In this document: positions 25,615 to 40,586 of the stretch, piece after piece
Layout: each line of letters begins with the position of its first letter
How positions within the stretch are numbered: the stretch's first letter is position 1
DNA from: Ancylonema sp.
Lineage: Eukaryota
Direction: 5' to 3'
DNA length: 57,057 bases
Assembly: GCA_050230475.1 (NCBI GenBank)
Contig: JBFLGF010000212.1
Span: 1-57,057 of the forward strand
Notes under the pieces: model-generated
What the model was told of the DNA's origin: nothing
The model's database searches: none
What the model saw: only the letters and a program-made list of their open reading frames with translations
Made by a program: the position numbers and the translations under genes

Positions 25615-28310
25615 ATGAGTGTTGCTGCCTCGGAACTGAAGGCTCCACGCACCATCGTGCGAAAATTGCTTTCTCGGGAGCAAGCTGAGGGAGATGGCGC
25701 TCGGGTCTGGCGTAGCATTGGGAGTTATTAAAACACAATTTTTGGTTTTTTTTCAAAATACCATCATAAATGTACTGACACAATGGCTGCTTCCTCCATA
25801 ATAATTTCGACAGTACCGCTGATGTACTTACAGCGTGATTTTTCAAAGCGACAGTGACTTTGAAAAAAAACGGATCCTTGCGCGGATTATTATGTCTTCT
25901 GCATATCGCAGCAAAAACAATCATGAAGTTGACCGATATTTTGATGGTGGCAAAAAATTCAGTAGGTGTCAGTTTTTAAGTTTTGCAGGAGCCCACTCTT
26001 ACAGATTCTCACCGTTTTGTTTCTGTCTCGTGAGATTAACTCGCGTAGCATGGATCCTTCTTGTCTTGTCAGCGAAAAGTATAATGACATTTTGTTTTCG
26101 CCAGTGGGTGGCAATTCGTTGTGTCTGACAAGCCACCATACCTGACCGAATCTCACGTCTGCTGAGATCAAGGTCCAGTCTGTTTTCAGAGATGTAGTCA
26201 AAATTTCGGCCGCACATTTTACCGCGTTTGTTTTTCCGAGTCTCCATTTTCACACATGCATTTCTTTTCCCTTTCAACTCTCCAGGCCCGAGATGAAGAG
26301 TCTCGACCCCTTCCTGCTTCTGGATGACTTCAGAGGTAAGCCTTATAACGAAGGTTGGTTATAACGAAGGTTGCTGCCCGGTAAGGTGTGATTGGCCGCT
26401 CGCCTATTCCGTGCGATGCACCAAAGGTATCTGCGTAGCTTTCTGTGTAGCATGCCTGGCTGTCCACTGATTCTCTGATTCTCCGAACACAAAAAATAAT
26501 TGATTTTTTATTCTTCCAACAAGCAGTGTATATCCCCTTTCTCCCAATAAAAGCACGTTCAAATTTTGAACGCCCCTCCTAATCCCTTCCCCTTTTTTGG
26601 TCCCCATTTCACAGTGTCAAAGCCTGCTGGCTTTCCTGATCATCCTCATCGAGGTATGGGCCACCTTCTTATTGATGGACCTGAAATACTGCGATCCTCT
26701 GTAGTAATTGCAGAGCTGAGTGATCTCATATCTGTCGAAACTCATATCCATGTTTCTGAAAAACTCGAAGTATGCACACAGTTTTCGGACGCAGGCGTGG
26801 TGGTTGTTGGGGACTGCTACTTTATTTCCAAAACCCGTCTTTCTCTGTGTGTGCAGACTTTGCACTATCGTAGTTGAGTATTTTTGCATTTCCGTACATT
26901 TGTAACCCTGTTCTTTTATACTTATGTTCCTTTGCACTCTGTACTTTTGTACTTTTGTACTTTTGTACTTCTGTACTTTTGTCCTCGTGAGGGTTGTTGA
27001 ATTCTGAGTTCGCTGTTTGTACTAAATGCATCGTCATGTCGTTCCCTTCCTCGGTTCAGGATTTGAGACGGTGACGTACATGTTGGAGGTGTGTTCCTTC
27101 CCTCTCACACTCTCCCCAATTCACAACTCTCCATTCAGAGTACTGCCACATTCCTGAAAACAGAACTTCTCCCGAATTCTGCAGAATTGATTCGCGCACT
27201 GAAGGCAGGAGAAGTCTGAACATTGTGCGACTCACATTCACCGCGCGTTCCGCTCCCACCTGTGCCTCACTGTTTGCACGTGTGTCTCTCCCCTCCCTCA
27301 GGGCGCTTTCACCCACCAGGACTTCGATGGCCACAAAGGCACCATTCGGCCCGGAGACCTCCAGGTACACCCTCCCAGACGCTCCCAGCACGCATGTGGC
27401 CTCCATAGGTGAATCCAGATGTCATCCACGACTCCACGGCATTTGAACTGAGGCCCCGGTGGCAGGTGTGGTGTAGGAGAGGGAGCTTACTTACAGAGGG
27501 TTGTGATCGGGTTGTGTGTGGGTGCAGTGGATGACAGCTGGCAGAGGCATCGTGCATTCAGAGATGCCTGCAACGGACGGAGAGAACCACGGGCTGCAAC
27601 TGTGGGTGAACCTGGCTGCCAAGGACAAGATGTGAGGGGCTGGGGACTGGGGACTGGGGATGGGATGGCATTGGACTACTCTTCGATGCCTTGCCAAGGG
27701 AGTGGGAGTGTGGCTGGCTGGGTGAGGTAGATGGTGGGGGGGAGCAGTTTGTGGTCAGGGATGTGGAGACACATTTGGAAGTTTCGTGGAACAACCTTGT
27801 CATACCTTTTGGTGACCGTCCAGGATCCCTTCAGCCTACCAGGAGCTTGCCGATAAAGACGTCCCGAAAGTGGAGCGAGACGGGGTGAAGGTCTCCGTGA
27901 TTGCCGGGGAATCTTTGGGTGTGAAGTCCCCCGTGTACACACGCACTCCCACCATGTACCTCGACTTCACTCTCCGCCCAGGAGCCGTTTTGCACCAAGC
28001 GGTGCCGCAAGGGTGGAACGGGTTTGTGTACACCTTGAAGGGCAAGGCACGTTTTGGGAGTGAGGATGCGGAAGAAACGGGGCAACATCACACGTTGCAA
28101 ATGGGAGAAGGAGACGGGGTCAGCGTGTGGAACACAAGCGGTGAAGAGGCACGCTTTGTGTTGATAGCGGGACAACCGTTGAATGAGGCGGTGCAACAGT
28201 ATGGGCCGTATGTGATGAATATGAAGGAAGAGATCACGGAAACGTTGAGTGATTATCAGAAGTCGCGAAATGGGTTCGAGAAAGCACGAGGGTTCAGGTC
28301 TGGAAAGTAG
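25615..28310 (+). CDS. PIR: Pirin (bicupin, quercetinase-like); 7 exons, first splice donor anomalous
   Basis: [135 protein letters not shown]. The metal ligands H, H, H and E are present. Confidence 0.9.
26940..26982. repeat. (TGTACTTT)n x5 in a pirin intron
   Basis: tgtacttttgtacttttgtacttttgtacttctgtacttttgt. A separate 16-bp tandem TTATAACGAAGGTTG x2 lies at 26343-26373. Confidence 0.85.
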
Positions 28311-29308
28311 AAGATTGGTAGGGCGGTCATTGTACGTAGGCCACCTAGCGATAGCTTTCGTGTAACTATATATATCATGGTGCGGCCTACATTGAGCTCG
28401 CTTAATGGTGTTTCCTTTGCAAAGTGGTCACTGGATAGTCATCAAATTATCCTTGGAGGCAAAATGTCATATTTGTCAACATACAACTTCTGCGTCGTGC
28501 ATGGCTTCATGAGATGGAGTTGTGTTGTTTCACCACACCCTTGTTTCTCTTGGTGAATGCATCCATATTTGCGTTGTTCCACATTGACTGAATCCTCACT
28601 TATAAGATTTTGTTGGTGTTGTGCTTATAGCATGGATGAGTGAAAGTGTGCGATAAGACCACCACCACCACCACTTCCACAAAGATGCTCTGAGTGGGTG
28701 CATCGATGAGTAGACGCCAAACCGCAACCAGATATATTCACACCAGGCGTAGCAAAGGTATGCATTTCATAATATCGAAGTTAGTTTACCTCATCCATGT
28801 GCCTCATGACACACGACATGTTTCGTAAAACTAGGTGTTGGCAAGCACATACTTGTAAGGAATCATGTATTGATTGTCTTCCTAATACTCTCCTTCGAAA
28901 AACAACACCCTCCCAATCTAAACAATCAATGCACGAGGATGGCATGAGAGACACATACATTTAAGCTGTTCCAAGTCCTCATTTGCAGCTCAACTCCGCG
29001 TCGAACAAACGGTCCACATACAAACAACATGAGGTCGACATGTACCCCCCCAGAATTGCCAACAAGATATGTGCTCACTATAGAGTCAACTCATGGACCC
29101 TACACAGATTTTCGTTTTTTCTTCTTCTTTTGAAGTTCCTCACCCCCTTCAGATTTCTGTATCCTCATTGCCCCCTTCGCCTCCCTACCTCCCACCACTT
29201 CATTCCCCGACTCTTCCACACCATTTTCCCCTTCCCACACCTTCTTCTTCTTCTTCTTCTTTTTCACACCTTCTTGCTGCTCTGCTTCATCCACACCTCC
29301 CCCAGCCN

Positions 29309-29708
29309 ATCTTTGGGTGTGAAGTCCCCCGTGTACACACGCACTCCCACCATGTACCTCGACTTCACTCTCCGCCCAGGAGCCGTTTTGCACCAAGCGG
29401 TGCCGCAAGGGTGGAACGGGTTTGTGTACACCTTGAAGGGCAAGGCACGTTTTGGGAGTGAGGATGCGGAAGAAACGGGGCAACATCACACGTTGCAAAT
29501 GGGAGAAGGAGACGGGGTCAGCGTGTGGAACACAAGCGGTGAAGAGGCACGCTTTGTGTTGATAGCGGGACAACCGTTGAATGAGGCGGTGCAACAGTAT
29601 GGGCCGTATGTGATGAATATGAAGGAAGAGATCACGGAAACGTTGAGGGATTATCAGATGTCGCGAAATGGGTTCGAGAAAGCACGAGGGTTCAGGTCTG
29701 GAAAGTAG
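29309..29708 (+). other. PIR: Pirin last-exon fragment; redundant copy or allele
   Basis: Copy of 27911-28310 with two substitutions. Confidence 0.8.
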
Positions 29709-30497
29709 AAGATTGGTAGGGCGGTCATTGTACGTAGGCCACCTAGCGATAGCTTTCGTGTAACTATATATATCATGGTGCGGCCTACATTGAGCTCGCT
29801 TAATGGTGTTTCCTTTGCAAAGTGGTCACTGGATAGTCATCAAATTATCCTTGGAGGCAAAATGTCATATTTGTCAACATACAACTTCTGCGTCGTGCAT
29901 GGCTTCATGAGATGGAGTTGTGTTGTTTCACCACACCCTTGTTTCTCTTGGTGAATGCATCCATATTTGCGTTGTTCCACATTGACTGAATCCTCACTTA
30001 TAAGATTTTGTTGGTGTTGTGCTTATAGCATGGATGAGTGAAAGTGTGCGATAAGACCACCACCACCACCACTTCCACAAAGATGCTCTGAGTGGGTGCA
30101 TCGATGAGTAGACGCCAAACCGCAACCAGATATATTCACACCAGGCGTAGCAAAGGTATGCATTTCATAATATCGAAGTTAGTTTACCTCATCCATGTGC
30201 CTCATGACACACGACATGTTTCGTAAAACTAGGTGTTGGCAAGCACATACTTGTAAGGAATCATGTATTGATTGTCTTCCTAATACTCTCCTTCGAAAAA
30301 CAACACCCTCCCAATCTAAACAATCAATGCACGAGGATGGCATGAGAGACACATACATTTAAGCTGTTCCAAGTCCTCATTTGCAGCTCAACTCCGCGTC
30401 GAACAAACGGTCCACATACAAACAACATGAGGTCGACATGTACCCCCCCAGAATTGCCAACAAGATATGTGCTCACTATAGAGTCAACTCATGGACC

Positions 30498-33112
<2,615 letters not shown>

Positions 33113-33807
33113 GACTCAATAATTCACTGCAAATCTCTCTGTAATGACTGACGAACGATTGACCGGAATACTTGCGGTCGCGACCTTCGATGAAAAAATG
33201 AGCTAGCAACTAGTTCGCACAACGAAGGAAATATGACAGAATGGCCTTACACAATTTAGTCCAGAATGGCCAGGACAATCCAGCAGCTCTGTCTTCTTAA
33301 CCAACAACTTCAATATTTTCGCATTAGTACACGAGGAAGAGACACTGAGGACAGTCGTAGGTACGCTTTCTGCGCCCCTTTTGCCATTCGAGTGGCCCCT
33401 GCTAGCTCGGAGAAGAAGACAAAATTGTCAGAGGGGCCAAGTCATAAGGGAGGTCACTCACAAGTAAAACGAATAATTTCTTGAACCGGTTAATTAGAAC
33501 CCTGGAAGAAACCCGACAATATTTGGCTATCACCGTTGGCCAGTCCGATTCTGAACTGTTTAACTGATCGGGTTCAGGTTTTATTCTCCGCTACGGGTAT
33601 TTTCCCGTTGTATACAGGATATTTCGATATCGTTGTCGTTGGCGTTGCTAAAGGTCAAAGTGGTGCAAAAGATGCTAAGTTTCGGGTTCAGGATAACGAG
33701 GAGTCGGCATACAAAGGTAATCGGACAACTCCAAAGATGCCCCTTTGCATTCATCTTGGCGCTATCAACAAGCGTGACTACAGGCGTGCAGGACACGGTT
33801 TGCAGCC

Positions 33808-34060
33808 ATGGGTCGCATGCACAGTGGCGGGTAAGTGTGGCGTACTCACGGTACCTCTCTTTTCTGCTGTGTCGTTGTCGAACAAATTGCAAGGTGCTGT
33901 GGTGGCTGGATAGTGAATGATACTCGCCGCCATGGTTTCGGAACTCTTGACAGCTAATTGAATTACTACCTTCCTTTTGATTTTCAGGAAGGGTATCTCT
34001 TCCTCAGCTCTGCCCTACAAGAGAACTCCCCCCAGCTGGTTGAAAATCACCCAGCCCGAG
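33808..34060 (+). other. RPS13: RPS13 exons 1-2, cut at the N junction; redundant copy
   Basis: Matches 35853-36105. Confidence 0.8.
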
Positions 34061-34071
34061 GTAATGGAAGN

Positions 34072-34878
34072 ATTGAAGCAGTTGTAAACGAGGAGCCCGA
34101 CGTAATTTCGGCCGCTCAGTGTCACCACGCCCTCTGCAAACAAATCATCCAGAAAGAAAAGACTCACTCTCGCATCACAATTCTCTGCACATTCTCTGCC
34201 CAAGGACTTCACCTACATTAGTCGAGCATTGTTAGGGCCTCTAGGTTCTGACATCAGCAGCGAGTCAGCTACAACAATAGAATGCCCTAACAAGCCACGT
34301 CCTCTCTTTTTTCTGCTTCTTCTGTACATCTTGCTCTGTTTTTGTACATTAGGAATCACCAGAGACCGGAAGCCCAACAATTTTCAACAGTAAATGCTTT
34401 CGTTCGAAACAGATGAGAGAGTCCCCTTAAGCAAATGGAACTGTAGCTCCATCCAACATTTTGCCCTTAATTTTGAGAGTTCCATTTATGGTGTGATCTC
34501 GCAGTACCTCTGCTCCAGACAGATTATCAAAATTGTAGTGAAGGAGAAGGCTAACAGAGGTTGCGTTTCCGTTCCTGCCCGCACCTAGAAAGCAGCCAGG
34601 TTGTGGACGAAACATGTACAGCTTTATCGGCACCTGCAGGCGGCAAAGCGGGAAGATACCAGGAAGGATCTTCGCTCTCTTATCGCGCACTTTCACATCA
34701 GAGTAGCCCAAAACAACACCACCGAGTTTCGTGTCGTACCTGAAACCCTGGAGATCATGAATCAGCTGGACACCTTCGCGGGATGGCTGCATTGTCAAGA
34801 ATTTTAGGACACGAAATCAACCGTCACAGGGCAATCGTACCCATTCTACATTCTAGCGAGTGTATATATATATATATA

Positions 34879-34959
<81 letters not shown>

Positions 34960-35157
34960 TAGAAATATTGATTCGCATAGCCCTGATGCTTTCATATTTT
35001 TCAGGTGCAAGGACTTTAGTGCCTACTTGAGGATCAATTCATCAAGCTTTTCTTGTACCCCCGCGGTCACCATCTGCGTGCGGGAGGGATGCAGATGAAC
35101 ACTAATCTCGGCTGTTGCTGTGACGAAGGCAGAATCCGCTGGCGCCATTTCCGTCAT
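34072..35157 (-). other. RPA43: RPA43 exons 1-2 and part of exon 3; divergent allele or copy
   Basis: Same exons as 32018-33112 with L to V and R to Q changes plus synonymous changes. Confidence 0.8.
34863..34957. repeat. (TA)n microsatellite, second copy
   Basis: TA run with one C interruption. Confidence 0.97.
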
Positions 35158-35852
35158 GACTCAATAATTCACTGCAAATCTCTCTGTAATGACTGACGAA
35201 CGATTGACCGGAATACTTGCGGTCGCGACCTTCGATGAAAAAATGAGCTAGCAACTAGTTCGCACAACGAAGGAAATATGACAGAATGGCCTTACACAAT
35301 TTAGTCCAGAATGGCCAGGACAATCCAGCAGCTCTGTCTTCTTAACCAACAACTTCAATATTTTCGCATTAGTACACGAGGAAGAGACACTGAGGACAGT
35401 CGTAGGTACGCTTTCTGCGCCCCTTTTGCCATTCGAGTGGCCCCTGCTAGCTCGGAGAAGAAGACAAAATTGTCAGAGGGGCCAAGTCATAAGGGAGGTC
35501 ACTCACAAGTAAAACGAATAATTTCTTGAACCGGTTAATTAGAACCCTGGAAGAAACCCGACAATATTTGGCTATCACCGTTGGCCAGTCCGATTCTGAA
35601 CTGTTTAACTGATCGGGTTCAGGTTTTATTCTCCGCTACGGGTATTTTCCCGTTGTATACAGGATATTTCGATATCGTTGTCGTTGGCGTTGCTAAAGGT
35701 CAAAGTGGTGCAAAAGATGCTAAGTTTCGGGTTCAGGATAACGAGGAGTCGGCATACAAAGGTAATCGGACAACTCCAAAGATGCCCCTTTGCATTCATC
35801 TTGGCGCTATCAACAAGCGTGACTACAGGCGTGCAGGACACGGTTTGCAGCC

Positions 35853-37521
35853 ATGGGTCGCATGCACAGTGGCGGGTAAGTGTGGCGTACTCACGGTACC
35901 TCTCTTTTCTGCTGTGTCGTTGTCGAACAAATTGCAAGGTGCTGTGGTGGCTGGATAGTGAATGATACTCGCCGCCATGGTTTCGGAACTCTTGACAGCT
36001 AATTGAATTACTACCTTCCTTTTGATTTTCAGGAAGGGTATCTCTTCCTCAGCTCTGCCCTACAAGAGAACTCCCCCCAGCTGGTTGAAAATCACCCAGC
36101 CCGAGGTAATGGAAGTAATATTTAAATCATTAATCATATGCCTTTGTAGCTAATTGTCTTTATACCTCGGTCTCAAGGGCATAATATTGAATCGCCGCTC
36201 ACTTATTACAGAAACTGCTCAGTCAAATTGCTGCAGCTCTCAAATTGTTGAGAGCTGCAATTTGACTCTGCAGTTTTTATACCCATTGCGCCACGATGCA
36301 ATTGTATGCTCTAGAAATTGGTTGGAAGCTTCACATGCATAGTCGTCGAATGGAAGTATTAAGGTCACTCACTTCACTCGAGCCCCACCCATTTCTCTCT
36401 ACCTTCAGGTTGAGGACCATATCTGCAAGTTGGCGAAGAAGGGGCTTACCCCTTCCCAGATTGGTGTCATCCTCCGTGACTCCCACGGCATCGCGCAAGT
36501 GAAGAGCGTGACTGGCAGCAAAGTCCTGCGAATTCTGAAGGGCCATGGTAGAGATTGACACTTTCACCTTCACTCTATACTCCTACGTCATGTCCTTTCT
36601 GTAAACTACACGTGTAAGCTTTAGAGCTGAAAGTGAGTGGTCAGGGGACAGGTCCGGTAAATTTCGACCAGCCGAACCTTCCACCTTTTAAGCTTTTGAC
36701 AATGATGAAGCGACCGGCAGTGTACGTTGCTGAGCATGTCAGTAATGTTTATAATAACATCCTCCCGAATGCATGTGTGCCATGTTGGGCCATCATTTCT
36801 TCCAGTGGAAATCTTCTTTGCAACCCCACTTCTGATAGAAACCGAGTCGACCTTCTCAGTAGTCATATTCTCTGCCTTTTCCCTGCCTGACTTTGTACGA
36901 TCTGTCCCCTGCTACTTCTCTCTCCCTCACAGGACTGGGCCCTGAGATCCCCGAAGATCTGTACCATCTGATCAAGAAGGCTGTGGCTGTGCGCAAGCAT
37001 TTGGAGCGCAACCGAAAAGACAAGGACTCCAAGTTCCGCCTCATTCTTATTGAGAGCCGAGTGCATCGGTTGGCTCGATACTACAAGCGAACAAAGAAAC
37101 TCCCTCCCAACTGGAAGTAGTGAGTGCATCACGTCCTGGAGCATGTGTCTGTGTGAAAAGCTATTTTTCTTGGTTGGGAGGGTGACAACCAGTTGTTTGA
37201 GTGCATGAGGAAGGCTCTACAGGTGGATGTCCATAGGGCACCGCAGTGTCCAGTGGCTTGGATGCACATGACTGTTCGATGAATGTATGTTACCTCAATG
37301 TTTCTTACTCTTTGATGCCTCTGCTTGAGGCTGGCAATCGTCGTAGTTTAGGGTAGAACCAGTCTGAATGAACTAATGTAGGTGCTGGTAGGCTGGTCTA
37401 CAAGTGGAGACATGTGTTGATGTGCTGGTGTCTTTGTCAGACGTACTTCCCGTCCAGTAACGGCTGTCAATCTTTTTGTTTGTGCAGTGAGTCTGCCACT
37501 GCAAGCACCTTGGTGGCTTAA
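35853..37521 (+). CDS. RPS13: 40S ribosomal protein S13 (uS15); 5 exons
   Basis: [151 protein letters not shown]. Confidence 0.97.
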
Positions 37522-38940
37522 GGTGCCTCAGTGGAGGCAGCAGGGTCGCCAGAAGTAGGCATTCTTTCGGAGGTCGGGACCTAGTCTATGACCTTCATGT
37601 GGGTGCGCTCCGGCAACTTCATGTGGCGAATTGTTCAGAACTTAAGGGAAACATTCGGAAAATATTATTGAGACTTTGTTTATGTTTTTGTCTCTTCATT
37701 CACGAATGTATGTTGCATCGGTTCTGAGTTTTGATATGAGAGCTGGTTGGCAAGTCATCCTCTGGGAGTGGATGGGCAACACAGAGCACTTGAAGAGAAC
37801 TGTGGGGTGAAATGTGCAGCAAGTGTGTTGCTATGGATGCATGTATTACATTATGTATTACCTATTATTATGTAGGTGAAGAAGAATTGATGAAAGCTGA
37901 ACATACAAATCATATACACGGGAATGGCTACTCTCACTGCCGATCAATCTCTCTCTTTATGTACAATATGTGAAGACCTTGAAAGCCTCATGGCCTGTCA
38001 ATTATGGAGAGTCATGAAAGTGCACCAAACTACAAAGCCCGACACAACTAGTTCATAGTTCAACAATATCGCATATTTACATGGTATCAATGAAAATTTA
38101 CTGATGCCAATCTCCTCCAACATTTGATGTGCTCTGGAGGAAGGAGGGCACTGCCAGGCACTAACAGGTGTTACAAAGCAGATCCACCAAACAATGTAAT
38201 TCCTGAAGGGCCACCGACCACAACCATGCACGGACACATAATGGTGCAAGGAGAAAGTCAGAATATATTTTCGGTGACAAATTGTTCAAGGCGCCATACA
38301 TCTGAAATCGCCAGGAATACGCCCCATCTGGAAGTGCATACTCGCATCGACATCCCTTGCACAAGATGTGGCTAACTTATTGCTCCTCACATCGAGAATA
38401 GTTTTCACCATAGAAAGTGTCCTCGTTCGTTGAAGAAAACTTAATATTGCGATGTTGTGATAGTGTGTCTGTTTGACTCTTGACTCATTTGCACAAATGG
38501 GAGTTCCTAAAATGATTGAAGGCGTGAATGATGAATCCATCTTGTTAAGGATTGCTGACTCACAACTCTTGATTCAAACAAGTGCTCATACACTATCCAT
38601 TCACACTTCAAACAGATGGGTGCGCCATGGATTATAGTTTAATTACTTAGTCTTTGCCAAGGTCTGAAACTCAGACCCTGGACTGAATTCCGTTTGCACA
38701 ATTTTCGGTCCGAAAATATCGAAAAGGCTCAACAAGCATCCACGTATCATTAAGATACTTGCTAGTTGCTAAAACATAAACTGACAGATGCACGTAACAG
38801 TATTAGCCAATCAGCTGCCGTCAGCTGATTGAAGCATAAAGAGTTCCCTGCTCGCAGCCGCACATCCAACTATCCAATTAGAGTTCAAGAACATTTAGTT
38901 TAGCAAACTAAACTCCGAAATAAACCCCGCGATTGATAAG

Positions 38941-40230
38941 TGTTCGTGTTCATGTGGCCACCTGTTGGATCCTCTGGGAACCCACCTTTGCGCTGCGCTC
39001 GCGGAGAAGAGCGCACTTCATCGCATGATTCTGTGCGGGATACGGTTTACCACATGTTGCCTAGAGGGTCGGCCATGCTGACAGTATCACAACTAGGACT
39101 TTGCTAATCACGCGGATTAAACACGCACACACATGAATGAAAACAATCATCCATTGAAAACAATGCTTATCATAAACACAGCATTCCCACTCCGCATCAC
39201 CCAATAATGTTGAACAGGACAGTCACAGCAACACGCTATGCTTCCATGCAGAGAATTGATTATGGCAACAATATTTTGCCTATATGCCAGAGGCGTATCG
39301 TATGCTCATCAAACTCAAACAGCCAATCAACTTATAGTACAGGTGCATTCGTATCGGCTGACATTATGATCTACGAGCACGAGGGCGCATATCCCATGCA
39401 CATGATTCAAATGAAACTATGACTGGCGAGCACGGGCGCGAACTCAACCCGTGCACATAACTAAAATGACGAAACAACCGATCACTTCCACCATCTCGAC
39501 TCCGGCTGGAAATTAATCATATTCAGATTACAAACCAATTAACCGGATTCCAACTTACCACATCATTCGCGAGTCGCGCCAGCACGCGCATCGGGAGCGC
39601 ACGGGCTTCCTTCCTTCATCGCCTCCTGGGGGGCGCGGAGGGCGTGTCGATATAGTGATTTCGGATGCTGCGGTGGGACACACATTGGTCGACATTGTTG
39701 TTGCAAACCCTACCCGTCGTGTTTTGGTGGAGCACACCGCTAGACATGATCTCGTCGCTGCCACAGATGCGGAGCGAAGGAGAAACCCACTATCGGGATC
39801 GCGCAACAGGGAAGAAATTTGTGCCCTTTTTCTCTTTAGACGTACGGTGCATTGTCTGATAGGTTGGATTGATTTTTGGTCGAGTGTACCACGTTAGCAT
39901 CTAGGGAGTGTGTAGGATCAAGGCCCTCCATTAGCTTGTTGAGCACATGGTTCCGTTAGAGAGTGTCGATTGCATTGAAACCGTCGCTAGCACAAGCGAT
40001 ACATGCTAGAACCCAACGTCTAGAGCAATCCATTGCCTCGTTACCTCCCCCACCACCGCGCGTTCCACTTTCTTCGTCGGAGTTGCATATTGTTGCTAGT
40101 TTTGTCTAGTACGATCGGCTCACATATTTGTCGTTTTTAGGACATGTAGTTTCTTTACAGGCACGTTCTTGTAATGAGATGGGGTTCCCGTCGTTTTTCA
40201 ATCATACAACTCTTTCTCTCTATATGTATT
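38941..40230 (+). mobile_element. 5'-truncated, decayed non-LTR retrotransposon of restriction-like endonuclease type (CRE/R2-like): zinc finger plus PD-(D/E)xK domain; 3' end approximate
   Basis: CSCGHLLDPLGTHL/RCARGEERTSSHDSVRDTVYH [insert] IIRES...GRVDIVI...LVDIVVANP...AERR/ETHY...KFVPF/TYG...RVSIAL...LAQAIHAR, with frameshifts and stops; frame ends at TAG 40107-40109. Confidence 0.8.
39056..39554. mobile_element. 499-bp non-coding insertion (solo-LTR-like or non-autonomous DNA element) with 9-bp target-site duplication
   Basis: TTACCACAT at 39047-39055 and 39555-39563; ends GTTG...CAAC; removing it restores the host frame V-Y-H-I-I-R-E. Confidence 0.8.
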
Positions 40231-40586
40231 GATGAAAGCGTTCCTAAATATAGGAACAAATACCTGGCATCATGTACCGTGCATGTACCGAATGCCGGTA
40301 CTGTATGTTTATATGCCTATAACGAGATAGCACCGCGCTGACATGATTGTTCGGTCAATTCCCTGGCCCTGAACCTCGTGACGCGTCTTATACGCACGAA
40401 ATCCCGACGTTATCGAGCATGGAGCCTGCATTCAGGGTAGTCAGTGTGCTCAATAACGAATTTCGAGCTGCACCATTCCATTATCATATTTGCCGAATTA
40501 CGTTTCGTAGGCTTATATTGTCTGTAATTTCCTCGGATTGATACACTTCGGTATCCGTTTTGGTGGATAAGTTGCCCACGACCAGT

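Noticed and set aside
24844..25718. Arg/Lys-rich minus-strand ORFs
   Set aside because: They overlap the pirin promoter and exon 1 in antisense and match no family I recognise.
28983..29708. 241-aa ORF that looks like a hydrophobic-leader-pirin fusion
   Set aside because: It crosses N29308; its N-terminal part is the antisense of the RPA43 last exon and 3' UTR.
37200..37370. Possible H/ACA or C/D snoRNA in RPS13 intron 4
   Set aside because: Only a 6-bp stem and degenerate boxes; not enough support.
38161..38364. YALPDGAYSW resembling a PIF/Harbinger transposase motif
   Set aside because: Isolated similarity with no other DDE motifs or termini.
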